From: an uncultured Acidobacteriota bacterium | GTDB lineage: Bacteria > Acidobacteriota > Vicinamibacteria > Vicinamibacterales > UBA8438 | DNA length: 64,000 nt | Direction of reading: 5' to 3' | Assembly: GCA_913043225.1 (NCBI GenBank) | Contig: CAJWLU010000001.1 | Coordinates: 160,001 to 224,000 of the forward strand | Shown: positions 18,560 to 28,318 of the stretch, one piece after another | Position numbering within the stretch: the stretch's first letter is position 1 | Layout: the number at the start of each line of letters is the position of its first letter | Translations under genes and position numbers: made by a program | Notes under the pieces: generated by a model | What the model was told of the DNA's origin: nothing | Databases searched by the model: none | Seen by the model: only the letters and a program-made list of their open reading frames with translations

Positions 18560-19915
18560 CTACACCGACAGGTGCTCGATCTGACCCGTGCTGTCACCGA
18601 GGTGATCGGTCTCGACGCCAACGGCGTCGAGCAGGGTCAGTTGGAGGTTTGTCAGGGGCGTCTCGTCGGCCACTTTCAGGTGACGGCCGCCCTTGATCCG
18701 ACCGTTCGCCCCACCCACCAGCATAACGGGCAGGTTCACGTGCAGGTGCTGGTTGCCATCGCTTATGCCGCAACCATAAAGCATGGTCATCGTATCGAGC
18801 AACGAGCTATCGCCGTCCGGCGTATTCGCCAGCCGGTTGACAAAGTAGGCGAACTGCTCAATGTGGTGCAGGTTGACCTTAGCCAGCTTCTCCATCTGCG
18901 CCGGGTTGTTCTGGTGGTGCGACAGCCCGTGATGCGGATCCGGAATACCCAGCTCCGGATAGGTGCGCGGGCTGACCTCGCGCGACATCATGAAGGTGAT
19001 GATGCGGGTCATGTCGGTCTGCAGCGCCAACACCTGCAGGTCGAACATTAACCGCGCATGGTCGGCGAACGTGTCCGGAATGCCGCCGGTCGGTCGCGCC
19101 AATTCTGGCAGTTCCACGTCCGCCTGCCGCTCGGCCAGCTGGATGCGGCGCTCGATGTCCCGGATGGCGTCCAGATACTGGTTGACCTTGTCGCGATCAC
19201 TGGGGGCAAGCGAGTTCCGGAAACTGCCCACCTCATGAACCAGCGAGTCGAGAATGCTGCGGTCTTCGCGGATGCGGGCCAGTCGCGCGTTGGTGCTCGT
19301 GTCGTCGGTATCGCCGAACAGACGCTCGAACACCGCCCGCGGCTGATTCTCCATGGGGAGCGGCGTGGTCGGATTCCGCCAGGAGAGGGTGTTGGCGTAG
19401 GCGCAGCTCCAGCCCGCCTCGCAGGCGCCGATCAGCTCGTTTGGATCGAGGCTGAGCTCAAGCGACGTCAGCTGCGTGTCCTGCCCGATCTGGGCCGCGG
19501 CAATCTGGTCCATCGAGGTGCCACCACGAATGTCCGGCCCCTCGGTTTTCTTGGGATGCACACCGGTCAGGAACGCGGCGGCCGCACGCACGTGGTCACC
19601 GGTGCCTTCGCCCGGCAGCGGGAACATCGGCTCGCTCGCCAGTCCAGTCACCACCGTGACCTTGTCCCGATAGGGCGCCAGGGGCGCCAGCGTCTGAGGC
19701 AAGTCGATACCGTCGCCCTCGGCGGACGGCGTCCACTGGTCCATGATGACGCCGTTCGGGACATACCCGACGTAGAGCCGAGAGACAGACCCACCCGCCG
19801 CGCGCGCGCTCGCCGACAGCGCCGGCACCATGCTGTCGAGCAGCGGCAGCGCGAGGGTCGCACCGACTCCGCGCAGGAACGTCCGGCGTGGCAACGCCAT
19901 CTTGGTGATGATCAT
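18560..19915 (-). CDS. DUF1552 (HxxSHH) protein with twin-arginine signal
   Basis: PRRTFLRG.GATLALPLLDSM, YVPNG, GDH, GACEAGWSCAY, PRAVFERLFG, HHGLSHH. Confidence 0.88.
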   Translation of the reverse strand: MIITKMALPRRTFLRGVGATLALPLLDSMVPALSASARAAGGSVSRLYVGYVPNGVIMDQWTPSAEGDGIDLPQTLAPLAPYRDKVTVVTGLASEPMFPLPGEGTGDHVRAAAAFLTGVHPKKTEGPDIRGGTSMDQIAAAQIGQDTQLTSLELSLDPNELIGACEAGWSCAYANTLSWRNPTTPLPMENQPRAVFERLFGDTDDTSTNARLARIREDRSILDSLVHEVGSFRNSLAPSDRDKVNQYLDAIRDIERRIQLAERQADVELPELARPTGGIPDTFADHARLMFDLQVLALQTDMTRIITFMMSREVSPRTYPELGIPDPHHGLSHHQNNPAQMEKLAKVNLHHIEQFAYFVNRLANTPDGDSSLLDTMTMLYGCGISDGNQHLHVNLPVMLVGGANGRIKGGRHLKVADETPLTNLQLTLLDAVGVETDHLGDSTGQIEHLSV

Positions 19916-22302
19916 GACGGTGGTGTCCTCATCTGGAACGGCACGCTCCGGGCGATCCCAGCGATGATCGCCGACCAGCGGTAATCCTCAGCGGCGGCAT
20001 CGCGCACAATGCGACGTACCGCCGGGGCATCGAAATACTCTACACCGCGACCCAATCCATAGGTCAGCAGTTTCTCGGTCACGGTGGTGACGAAACTCTC
20101 GGGCCGTATTAGCAGCGCGTCCACCAGCGACGCCGGGCCATCCACCGGGGTGCCGTCACCCAGCACCCCGGCGCTGTCGACCGGTGTGCCCCCGTCGCCT
20201 TCCGACCGCCATCGTCCGATGGCGTCGAAGTTCTCCAGGGCGAAACCTAGCGGGTCCATCACCCGGTGACACGAGGCACACACCGGATTCTCGCGGTGCA
20301 CCTCCAGCCGCTCGCGCACCGACCGGGGAGGCGCATCGGAATCGTCATTCTCGGCTAGGGCCGGGACATCGGCTGGCGGGGGGGGCGGCGGAGTACCGAG
20401 GATGTTCTCGAGCAGCCACTTTCCGCGCACTACCGGTGAGGTCCGGTGTGCATACGAGGTCACCGTCAACAAGCTGCCCTTTCCGAGCAGCCCACGACGC
20501 GGAGCGAGCTCGCCATCGAGGGTAATGCGACGAAAGTGGTTGCCGTAGACGTTCGGGATGCCGTAGTGCTCGGCCAACCGCTGATTCACGAACGTCTGGT
20601 CCGAGGTCATCAGCTCTAAGACACTGTGGTCTTCGCGAATCTGGCTGTCCACAAACAGCTCCATCTCGCGAGCCATCGCCCCCCGCAGGTTCGCGTCAAA
20701 ATCAGCGAACGCATAGGGGTCTGGGGCTACCAGCGCCATGTTCCGGAGATACAGCCACTGCCCTCCGAAGTTGTCGACCAGGGTGCTGGCGCGAGGATCG
20801 ACCAGCATCCGCGCCACCTGGGCCTCGAGCACCCCCGAGGCTCGCAGCTCACCTCGCTCGGCCAACCCGAGCAGCTCCTCGTCCGGGATACTGCTCCACA
20901 AGAAGAAGGACAGACGCGACGCCAGCTCCACTTCGCTAATGGCGTACGGCTCGCCCGGGGCCTGCCCCGGGGGGTCCTGCTCGCGCCTGAACAGAAAGTC
21001 TGGACTCACCAGGATCCGGCGGAGCGCCATCTCGATACCGGCGGCGAAATCGCCCTGCTCGCGGCCCATACTGAAAAACTCGAGCAGCATGTCGAGATCA
21101 CGGAGCTCGAGCGGCCGACGGAACGCGCGACGCCCCAGACGGCCGAGAATCTCCCGCGCGCACGCAAGCTCGTCGTCGGAACCTGCCTGGGCATCGGCCC
21201 GCGGGCGGCAGCTGAAGATAGTCCGCCGACTCGGGGTATCGCCACGACCGGTCACCGCGTAAGGCCCTCGCAGCTCGACACGACTAATCCCGGGGTCGAG
21301 CGTCTGGTCGCCGGCGTACTCGTAGCTGGTCACGGCATAGTGCGGCCGCTTCATCCCTTCGAGCACGGCCGCCTGATCGACGAAGCTGACCGCAAGAAGA
21401 TGCGGTCCGGCCGGCGCCGTGAATCTGACCTCCTGCCCGTCATCGTCGGCATTGCGGAGATCGCGCCGTCGCGGCTCGCCGTCGGCGTCGAGGAGCTGCC
21501 CCCCAACTGTCAAGCTGTCGACCAGCGCACCATCGAGACGCACCTCAAGCGCGTGCTGATTGGCCAGTCCGCGGACCCGACCGTCATAGGTCCGCGACAG
21601 ATAAACCTTGATGACGTAGTCGCCGTCGACTGGGAAGATGTGTCGTACGGCCAGACCACCCCGCGAGCCGAACGGCAGGTCGTCGCTGACACGGCCGTCT
21701 TGCTTCAAATATTTGTCGACCTCGAACATGTTGGTCGAGGGCGCCTGGGTGGGGTCGCCAACCGCCAGACGACTGATCTTACGTGCCGCAGAGAGATACC
21801 GCTCGGTCAGCATGGGCGACACCGAAAGCACGTCGGCGATGTTGTCGAACCCGAAACCGGAGTCGTCGGCCGGCAGCAGCGTGCGGGTGTCGACCTCGAG
21901 GTTGAGCAGGTCGCGGATGGCGTTGGCGTACTCGGCCCGGTTCAACCGGTGCACGGCCGGTCGACGGCCCGGGTTGGGCGCCGCGGCCGCAGCGCCATCG
22001 ATCGTCTCCTCCAACCTGGCCAGGAATCCATCATACGCAGCCTCCTCTGGACGAGGACGACCGGGTGGCGGCATGGCCCGGGTACGCAGCTTGCGAACCA
22101 CCTTCTCCCAGACGTCGGTTGTCTCGTGCCCAGCCGTGGCCGGGTCGGCGTCTTGCAGGGAAAGGTCGGCCGCGAGGGTCCGACCGTTGTGGCAGCCGAT
22201 GCAATACTGCTGCAGGAGCGTCTGGTCGTCAGTCGATTGGGCGAGGGCAACACCCTGCAACAGGGCAGCCAGTAACGCCGCGAAGAAAGGCCGCCTCATC
22301 AT
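19912..22302 (-). CDS. DUF1592/DUF1588-type multidomain c-type cytochrome
   Basis: N-terminal CIGCH, RLNRAEY.N, GFDN, ELASRLSFFLWSS.PD, RTSPV.RGKW, C-terminal CASCH; ATGA overlap with DUF1552. Confidence 0.88.
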   Translation of the reverse strand: MMRRPFFAALLAALLQGVALAQSTDDQTLLQQYCIGCHNGRTLAADLSLQDADPATAGHETTDVWEKVVRKLRTRAMPPPGRPRPEEAAYDGFLARLEETIDGAAAAAPNPGRRPAVHRLNRAEYANAIRDLLNLEVDTRTLLPADDSGFGFDNIADVLSVSPMLTERYLSAARKISRLAVGDPTQAPSTNMFEVDKYLKQDGRVSDDLPFGSRGGLAVRHIFPVDGDYVIKVYLSRTYDGRVRGLANQHALEVRLDGALVDSLTVGGQLLDADGEPRRRDLRNADDDGQEVRFTAPAGPHLLAVSFVDQAAVLEGMKRPHYAVTSYEYAGDQTLDPGISRVELRGPYAVTGRGDTPSRRTIFSCRPRADAQAGSDDELACAREILGRLGRRAFRRPLELRDLDMLLEFFSMGREQGDFAAGIEMALRRILVSPDFLFRREQDPPGQAPGEPYAISEVELASRLSFFLWSSIPDEELLGLAERGELRASGVLEAQVARMLVDPRASTLVDNFGGQWLYLRNMALVAPDPYAFADFDANLRGAMAREMELFVDSQIREDHSVLELMTSDQTFVNQRLAEHYGIPNVYGNHFRRITLDGELAPRRGLLGKGSLLTVTSYAHRTSPVVRGKWLLENILGTPPPPPPADVPALAENDDSDAPPRSVRERLEVHRENPVCASCHRVMDPLGFALENFDAIGRWRSEGDGGTPVDSAGVLGDGTPVDGPASLVDALLIRPESFVTTVTEKLLTYGLGRGVEYFDAPAVRRIVRDAAAEDYRWSAIIAGIARSVPFQMRTPPS

Positions 22303-22371
22303 CGCTCTGCTGTATCGAAACACGCCGCCTGCATTATCATGAGAGCTACAACAGCGAGTCAAGAAACAGAC

Positions 22372-23898
22372 ATGCGCTCCAGAACTCCCGTGCTCAAGAC
22401 GTCAGTGCTCTTGGTGACGTTATGTGTCGTCGGCATTCCGGCGAACGGCCAGACTACCAACGCCGACGGGTTGGCGCTGATCGAGGCCGCCCGGCGGTCG
22501 AATTCCGACCAGGTTCAGACGCTGCTCGACGCGGGAACAGAGGTCGACAGCCGGTTTGGCGACGGCACCACCGCGCTCCACTGGGCCGCTCATCGGGACA
22601 GTCAGCCCCTTGTACAACTGCTGCTCAAGGCGGGTGCGAGCGCAAACGCGACCGACGACCACGGGGTAACCGCACTCTCGCTGGCCGCTGTCAACGGCAG
22701 CGCGAAGGTGGTTCAACAACTGTTGAACGCCGGCGCCGAGCCGAACATCGCCCGGACCAGCGGTGAAACGCCGCTGATGACGGCCGCCCGGGTAGGCAAC
22801 CTCGAAGTCGTTCGCCTGCTCCTCACCGCGGGCGCCGACCCCAATGCCACCGAGGGCGCGCTCAAGCAGACCGCGCTGATGCTGGCGATCGTGGAGAACC
22901 ACGTCCCGGTGGTCCGGCTGCTGCTCGAGGTGGGAGGCTCGGCCACGGCGAGGACCGCGAATTGGTTCACGCCGCTGCTCTTCGCCGCGCAGCAAGGCAA
23001 TCTCGACGCGGCCCGGCTGGTGCTGGCCGCCGGAGCCGATGTCAACGAGGCCGCGCCCGACGGCATCGGTGGCAACACAAACGCCAGCGCACGTTTCGTC
23101 GCCGACACCGAAGCCGCGGCGCTGCTCGTGGCGATCGACAGCGGGCACCCCGAGATGGCGCTGTTCCTGCTAGAGCGGGGCGCCGACCCGAATCATGCCG
23201 GTGCCGGACGGACCGCCTTACACGCAGCCGTACAGCGAAAGATGCCTGAGGTGGTCGGCGCGCTCCTGGCCCGCGGCGCAGATCCGAACGCCCGGCTCGC
23301 CAAACGGCTGCCGTTTGTCTCTCGCCGGATCACCCAGGCCAACGGCCTGACACCGAACCAGATCGGCGCGACACCATTCTTCCTCGCCGCTAGCTTCAAC
23401 GATCTGGACAGCATGCGACTACTAGTTGAGGCGAACGCCGACCCCCAGCTGCGGACCGACGACAACACCACGGCGCTGATGGTGGCCGCCGGGGCCGACT
23501 ACGTGGACGGAGCAGACAAGTACGGTGTGCGGTGGTTCGGGGACAACCTCGCGCTGCAGGAATTAGCGCTTGCCTCGGTGGAGTATCTGCTGGGGCTCGG
23601 GCTGGACATCAACGCCAAGAACGACGTGAACCAGACCGCGCTCCATGGCGCAGTCTATCTCGGCGGCACGACGCTGGTGCCTTATCTGCTCGAACGAGGC
23701 GCCGACATCAACGCGATCAACGATCGCGGTCAGACCCCCTGGATGATCGCCTGGGAAGGTGAGTACCGCTCTGGATCGTTCTACACCCAGAAGGAGACGG
23801 GTGCGCTCCTCGAACGGCTCGGCGCCGACACCAGCCTAGGTAAAGACCTTGGCGTCACCTTTCGGCGAGTGCTCGAAGAGCGCGCGCAGCAACAGTAG
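22372..23898 (+). CDS. Exported ankyrin repeat protein
   Basis: Signal peptide; many G.T(A/P)L..AA...LL..GAD.N repeats. Confidence 0.9.
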   Translation: MRSRTPVLKTSVLLVTLCVVGIPANGQTTNADGLALIEAARRSNSDQVQTLLDAGTEVDSRFGDGTTALHWAAHRDSQPLVQLLLKAGASANATDDHGVTALSLAAVNGSAKVVQQLLNAGAEPNIARTSGETPLMTAARVGNLEVVRLLLTAGADPNATEGALKQTALMLAIVENHVPVVRLLLEVGGSATARTANWFTPLLFAAQQGNLDAARLVLAAGADVNEAAPDGIGGNTNASARFVADTEAAALLVAIDSGHPEMALFLLERGADPNHAGAGRTALHAAVQRKMPEVVGALLARGADPNARLAKRLPFVSRRITQANGLTPNQIGATPFFLAASFNDLDSMRLLVEANADPQLRTDDNTTALMVAAGADYVDGADKYGVRWFGDNLALQELALASVEYLLGLGLDINAKNDVNQTALHGAVYLGGTTLVPYLLERGADINAINDRGQTPWMIAWEGEYRSGSFYTQKETGALLERLGADTSLGKDLGVTFRRVLEERAQQQ

Positions 23899-23910
23899 CA
23901 GTAGGAGCCA

Positions 23911-24339
23911 CTAGCCCCTCAAGTGGGACATCAGCGCGTCGATGCCGGCCTGGGCCACCACTTCATCCTGGTCTGGCGTGCCCGAGCTACATCCGATGCC
24001 GGCCACGATCTGGTCGTCGACAAACACGGGGAGCCCGCCGGGGACGATCATGAAACGACCCTGGTTGCTGACATGGATGCCGAACGCCGGACCTCCCGCC
24101 GCGCCGGCAACACCGTAGTCGCGGGTCGATTTGCGAGCCGCGGCCGCCGTGAACGCCTTGCTGATGGCCACGTCGATACTGGTAATCCGACCGCCGTCCA
24201 TCCGCTGAAACAGCAGCAAGCTGCCGTTGTCGTCGGTGATGGCAATGTCCATATCGACGCCGATCTCGATTGCCTTGGCTTCGGCGCCGGCCATCATGGC
24301 GCGAGCGTCGTCAAGCGTGAGCTTCTGCACGGTTCGCAT
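23911..24339 (-). CDS. GlcG/HbpS family haem-binding protein
   Basis: AITD..G.LLLFQRMDG, AISKAFTA, GGLP, GIGCSSG...QDE..A.AG. Confidence 0.88.
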   Translation of the reverse strand: MRTVQKLTLDDARAMMAGAEAKAIEIGVDMDIAITDDNGSLLLFQRMDGGRITSIDVAISKAFTAAAARKSTRDYGVAGAAGGPAFGIHVSNQGRFMIVPGGLPVFVDDQIVAGIGCSSGTPDQDEVVAQAGIDALMSHLRG

Positions 24340-24390
24340 TCGGTGTTCCTCCTAGGCGAAATTATAGACGTGGCCTGAAACCGGATCCTC

Positions 24391-24579
24391 ATGAACGCGC
24401 ACCTCATCTCCTGTCCCTACTGCGGTGAGGGCCTGGAGGTCGCCGTCGACCGCTCAGTTCGCCGGCAGGAATATATCGAAGACTGCCAGGTCTGCTGCCG
24501 CCCCATGGTGTTGGCGGTGACGGTCGACCTCGACGACCCGAACGACATCCAGATCGACGTCCACGGCGAAGACGACTGA
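24391..24579 (+). CDS. CPXCG-motif cysteine-rich small protein
   Basis: CPYCGE...QEYIEDCQVCCRP. Confidence 0.85.
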   Translation: MNAHLISCPYCGEGLEVAVDRSVRRQEYIEDCQVCCRPMVLAVTVDLDDPNDIQIDVHGEDD

Positions 24580-24725
24580 ACGGCTCGGTGATCCTGACGC
24601 CGACCTACGACACAGCGCACGGGCGGCAGGTACGGCGAACCGGTGACCGAGCTGATGCAGTGCGCCGAGCTTGAAGTCTCCCGACCATAGCGAGCCAGCC
24701 GCGCCAGTGATAGGATCCGACCAAC

Positions 24726-25868
24726 ATGAAGCGACAGATTCGCCGTGACGTTCTGGCCGGCGCGTTGGCGGCCCTCGTACTCGGCGTGGGACCGTCCGCG
24801 ATGCAGTCCAGAGACGCGATCGACGTGGCTTCGCTCGGCCCGCAAGTGGGCGAGCGCGTACCCGACTTCAGCCTCCCAGACCAGAACGGAAGAATGCGCA
24901 ACCTGAGCTCAATTCTCGGGCCCAACGGGGGCATTCTGCTCTTTCATCGGTCGGCCGACTGGTGACCGTACTGCAAAGCGCAGCTCGTGGAGCTGCAAGA
25001 CCGGCTGGAAGAACTTCGGGGCCGCGGACTGGCCGTGGCCGCCATCAGCTACGACTCGGAGGCGATTCTTAAGGATTTCGCCGAGCGGCGCGGGATCACG
25101 TTCCCGCTGCTGTCGGACGACGATTCGGCTGTAATCACCGACTTCGGCATCCTGAACACGGTGGCCGCCGAGGCGATCGGTCCGAACAAGGACAATCCGC
25201 ATGTGCAGGCCGACGCGAGGAAATATGTGTCGGTGTTCGGCGCCAGCGAGATGATCGTGGGTACGCCGTACCCCGGCACCTTTATGCTCGACGGCGAGGG
25301 ACGCGTCAGCTCGCGGTTCTTTGAGGAGTTCTACCGGGAACGAAACACCACCGCCAACGTCATGTTGAAGCTGGGCGCCGGCTTGTCCCCGATCGAGGCG
25401 ATTTCTGGGGAGACCGCGCACCTCAAGCTGACCGCCTACGCAAGCGACCCGAGCGTGACCGTCGGCACCAAGTTCTCGATCGCAGTCGAGGTCGAGCCAA
25501 ACCCAAACATCCACGTCTATGCCCCGGGGGCAGACGAGCTCGGGTATCGGATCATCGGGCTGGACCTAAACCCGCTCGAGTACGTCCGCTTCGAGCCGGT
25601 CGAGTTTCCGGAATCTGAGATCTACCACTTCGAGCCGCTCGACGAGCGGGTACCGGTCTACATGCGGCCGTTCACGCTGCTGCAGGAGGCAGTGGTGTCA
25701 GGGGAGCCCGGGGTCGAGGAAGCGTTTGCCGAAATGGACGGGATGACCGTCAGCGGCAGCCTCAACTACCAGGCCTGTGACGACAAGCTGTGTTTCGATC
25801 CAGTGTCGGTGCCCATTCAGCTGACGCTCGACGTGGTTGTACTCGACCGTCAGCGTGCGAATCGGTAG
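24726..25868 (+). CDS. Exported AhpC/TSA-like thioredoxin-fold selenoprotein (UxxC) fused to DsbD N-terminal-like domain
   Basis: Track ORFs 24726..24965 and 24987..25868 share a frame; TGG TGA CCG TAC TGC reads W-U-P-Y-C; PDFSLPDQNG, AISYD, FPLLSD flank it; C-terminal YQACDDKLCFDP. Confidence 0.88.
24980..24996 (+). promoter_or_regulatory. Bacterial SECIS-like hairpin
   Basis: GCAGCTC-GTG-GAGCTGC 7-bp perfect stem; loop starts with G, 22 nt after the TGA at 24963-24965. Confidence 0.75.
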
Positions 25869-25888
25869 CACCGTAGCCAGCGCGGACC

Positions 25889-28318
25889 ATGCCATCGGTC
25901 AAGCGCCTGTTTCGGGCGGCGCCCATCCCGGGCGCCATCGCCCTGGTGATCTTCGCGTCGAACGCCTCGGCCCAGCCGGTTGACCGGTTCGACACCGAGG
26001 TGCGTCCATTTTTGACCGCCTACTGCGGCAACTGCCACAACAATGACCTGCTGGTCGCTGACCTGACGTTCGAGCTATTCGGCACCGGTGCTGACCCCAC
26101 CGAGCATTCCGACCTGTGGAAGCAGGTGGCCGAGCGAATCCGCTCCGGCGAGATGCCTCCACGAGGCCGACCTGCTCCCGAGAGGGCCGAGATCGAGTCG
26201 GTGGCAGCCGTACTCGATACGCTCGTCGGCCCCTCCAATGGGGATACCAGTGGCCCGGGCCGCGTCACCGCCCGGCGGCTCAACCGTGTCGAGTACGACA
26301 ACACGGTCCGTTCACTGCTCGGCGTGCACGCCAGACCGTCGGTCGACTTCCCCGCCGACGACTCTGGCTACGGATTCGACAACAACGGAGATGTGCTATC
26401 GGTCTCGCCGTTGTTGATGGAGAAGTACATCGCCGCGGCGCGCCGTCTGTCGCAGGAAGCAGTGTTCGGTCCGGCCCCACCCGATGCTCCCGTCCAACTC
26501 GCGCACTACATGGGTCGGCGCTCACATGACGCCGACGGCAGCCTCGATGCGGCCGACACCTTGCCATTCTCGATGCGAGGCGCGCTCTATGGGTCGCACC
26601 TGTTCCCGTGGACCGCGGACTACGAGTTCCGGTTTCGTATTGCCAACTATCGGCGTCGGCCGCCACGCCCAGAGGGTGCCCCTCCGACGCCACCACTGCC
26701 GACCGACACCGAAACCGAACGGGCACAGTTCATCGAGGAGATGCGCCAGGCTGCACCGCCCGTGCCGGTGGTGGCCACCCTCGACGGACAGGTCTTCAAC
26801 ACCACCATCGTGGAGGGCGTCAATGCCTTCGGCTACGAACGCGGCGAAATCGTGACCCGACTGCGGGTCGAAGCGGGCGAGCACGACTTCCGGGTCTCGT
26901 ACCCGCACGTAGCCAACATTTCCGATCCGCGTGACAACCTACTTCCGGACGGACGCCGCATCCTATACATCGACTACCTCGACATCGTGGGACCGTTCAA
27001 CCAGAGCCTGGAGCCCCCCGCGAGTTACGAGCGGATCTTCATCTGCCAGCCCTCGGCGGCCGGTTACGACGAAGGTTGCGCGAAAAAGATTGTCACAAAC
27101 CTGGCGCGTCGCGCCTACCGGCGCCCGGTGACCGAGGGCGAGGTCGCTCGACTGACCGGCCTGGTCGAGCAGGCGGTGGCCGAAGGTGACTCGTTCGACG
27201 AGGGGGTGCGACTGACGGTCCAGGCAGTCCTCCTTTCGCCCCACTTCCTGTTCAGAATCGAGCGGGATCCGGTGGGCTCGAACGACCCGCACCAGGTATC
27301 AAACCACGAGCTAGCCAGCCGGCTCTCGTACTTCCTGTGGGCCGACATGCCAGACGATGAGCTCTCCGCCCTGGCCGACGCCGGCCAGTTGCACGAGCCG
27401 GACGTCCTGCGGGCCCAGATCGAACGGCTGTTGATTCACCCGAAAGCGGCGGCGCTGGTCGACACCTTCGCAGCGCAGTGGTTGCAGCTGCGCAACCTTG
27501 ATCGGGTCAAGCCAGACCCCGCGCGGTTTCCCACCGTCGACGACGAGTTGCGCGACGCCATGCGACGGGAGACAGAGCTGTTCGTGGAGGCGGTGATCCG
27601 GGAAGACCGCAGTGTGCTGGACCTGCTGGACGCGCCGTTCACTTTCCTAAACGGTCCTCTGGCCCGCCACTACGGCATCGAGGGGATTGACGGCGAGGTA
27701 TTCCAGCGCGTCGAGCTCGATGGCGACCAGCGGGGCGGTCTGGTTACCCAGAGCAGCATCCTCACCGTGTCGTCCTATCCCACCAGGACCTCTCCGGTGC
27801 TTCGCGGTAAGTGGGTACTGGAAAACCTCCTCGGCTCGCCACCGCCAGACCCTCCCGACGGGGTACCGGCCCTGGACGAAACCGTCGTCGGGACCACCGG
27901 GTCGCTCCGCAGCCAGCTGGAGCAGCATCGGGCCAACCCGACCTGTGCGGTGTGTCACGACCAGATCGACCCACTCGGATTCGGTCTGGAACGCTACGAT
28001 GCGACCGGAGCCTGGCGAACCCACGACGGCGAGTTCGAAATCGATGACTCGGGCACATTGCCCGACGGCACGTCTTTCCGAGGGTCGCGAGAGCTAAAGA
28101 CCATCCTGCGGGACGAGAGCGAGGCCTTCACCCGCAATCTCGCCGAGAAGCTGCTGACCTACGGACTGGGCCGTGGTCTCGAATCGGCAGACGACACGAC
28201 CGTCGACGCTATCACCCGTGACACGATGGACGATGGTTACCGATTCTCGACGCTCGTACACGGCGTGGTAAAGAGCGAGCCGTTCCGTCTCCGTCGTCCA
28301 GAGGAGCCCACACCATGA
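25889..28318 (+). CDS. DUF1592/DUF1588-type multidomain c-type cytochrome
   Basis: CGNCH, RRLNRVEYDNT, GFDN, ELASRLSYFLW, RTSPVLRGKW, CAVCH. Confidence 0.88.
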   Translation: MPSVKRLFRAAPIPGAIALVIFASNASAQPVDRFDTEVRPFLTAYCGNCHNNDLLVADLTFELFGTGADPTEHSDLWKQVAERIRSGEMPPRGRPAPERAEIESVAAVLDTLVGPSNGDTSGPGRVTARRLNRVEYDNTVRSLLGVHARPSVDFPADDSGYGFDNNGDVLSVSPLLMEKYIAAARRLSQEAVFGPAPPDAPVQLAHYMGRRSHDADGSLDAADTLPFSMRGALYGSHLFPWTADYEFRFRIANYRRRPPRPEGAPPTPPLPTDTETERAQFIEEMRQAAPPVPVVATLDGQVFNTTIVEGVNAFGYERGEIVTRLRVEAGEHDFRVSYPHVANISDPRDNLLPDGRRILYIDYLDIVGPFNQSLEPPASYERIFICQPSAAGYDEGCAKKIVTNLARRAYRRPVTEGEVARLTGLVEQAVAEGDSFDEGVRLTVQAVLLSPHFLFRIERDPVGSNDPHQVSNHELASRLSYFLWADMPDDELSALADAGQLHEPDVLRAQIERLLIHPKAAALVDTFAAQWLQLRNLDRVKPDPARFPTVDDELRDAMRRETELFVEAVIREDRSVLDLLDAPFTFLNGPLARHYGIEGIDGEVFQRVELDGDQRGGLVTQSSILTVSSYPTRTSPVLRGKWVLENLLGSPPPDPPDGVPALDETVVGTTGSLRSQLEQHRANPTCAVCHDQIDPLGFGLERYDATGAWRTHDGEFEIDDSGTLPDGTSFRGSRELKTILRDESEAFTRNLAEKLLTYGLGRGLESADDTTVDAITRDTMDDGYRFSTLVHGVVKSEPFRLRRPEEPTP

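Noticed and set aside
20626..22275. Long antisense/shadow ORFs (e.g. 20626..22275, 4122..5222, 44511..45704, 47750..48916)
   Set aside because: Expected artefacts of high-GC codon bias overlapping well-supported genes; no motifs
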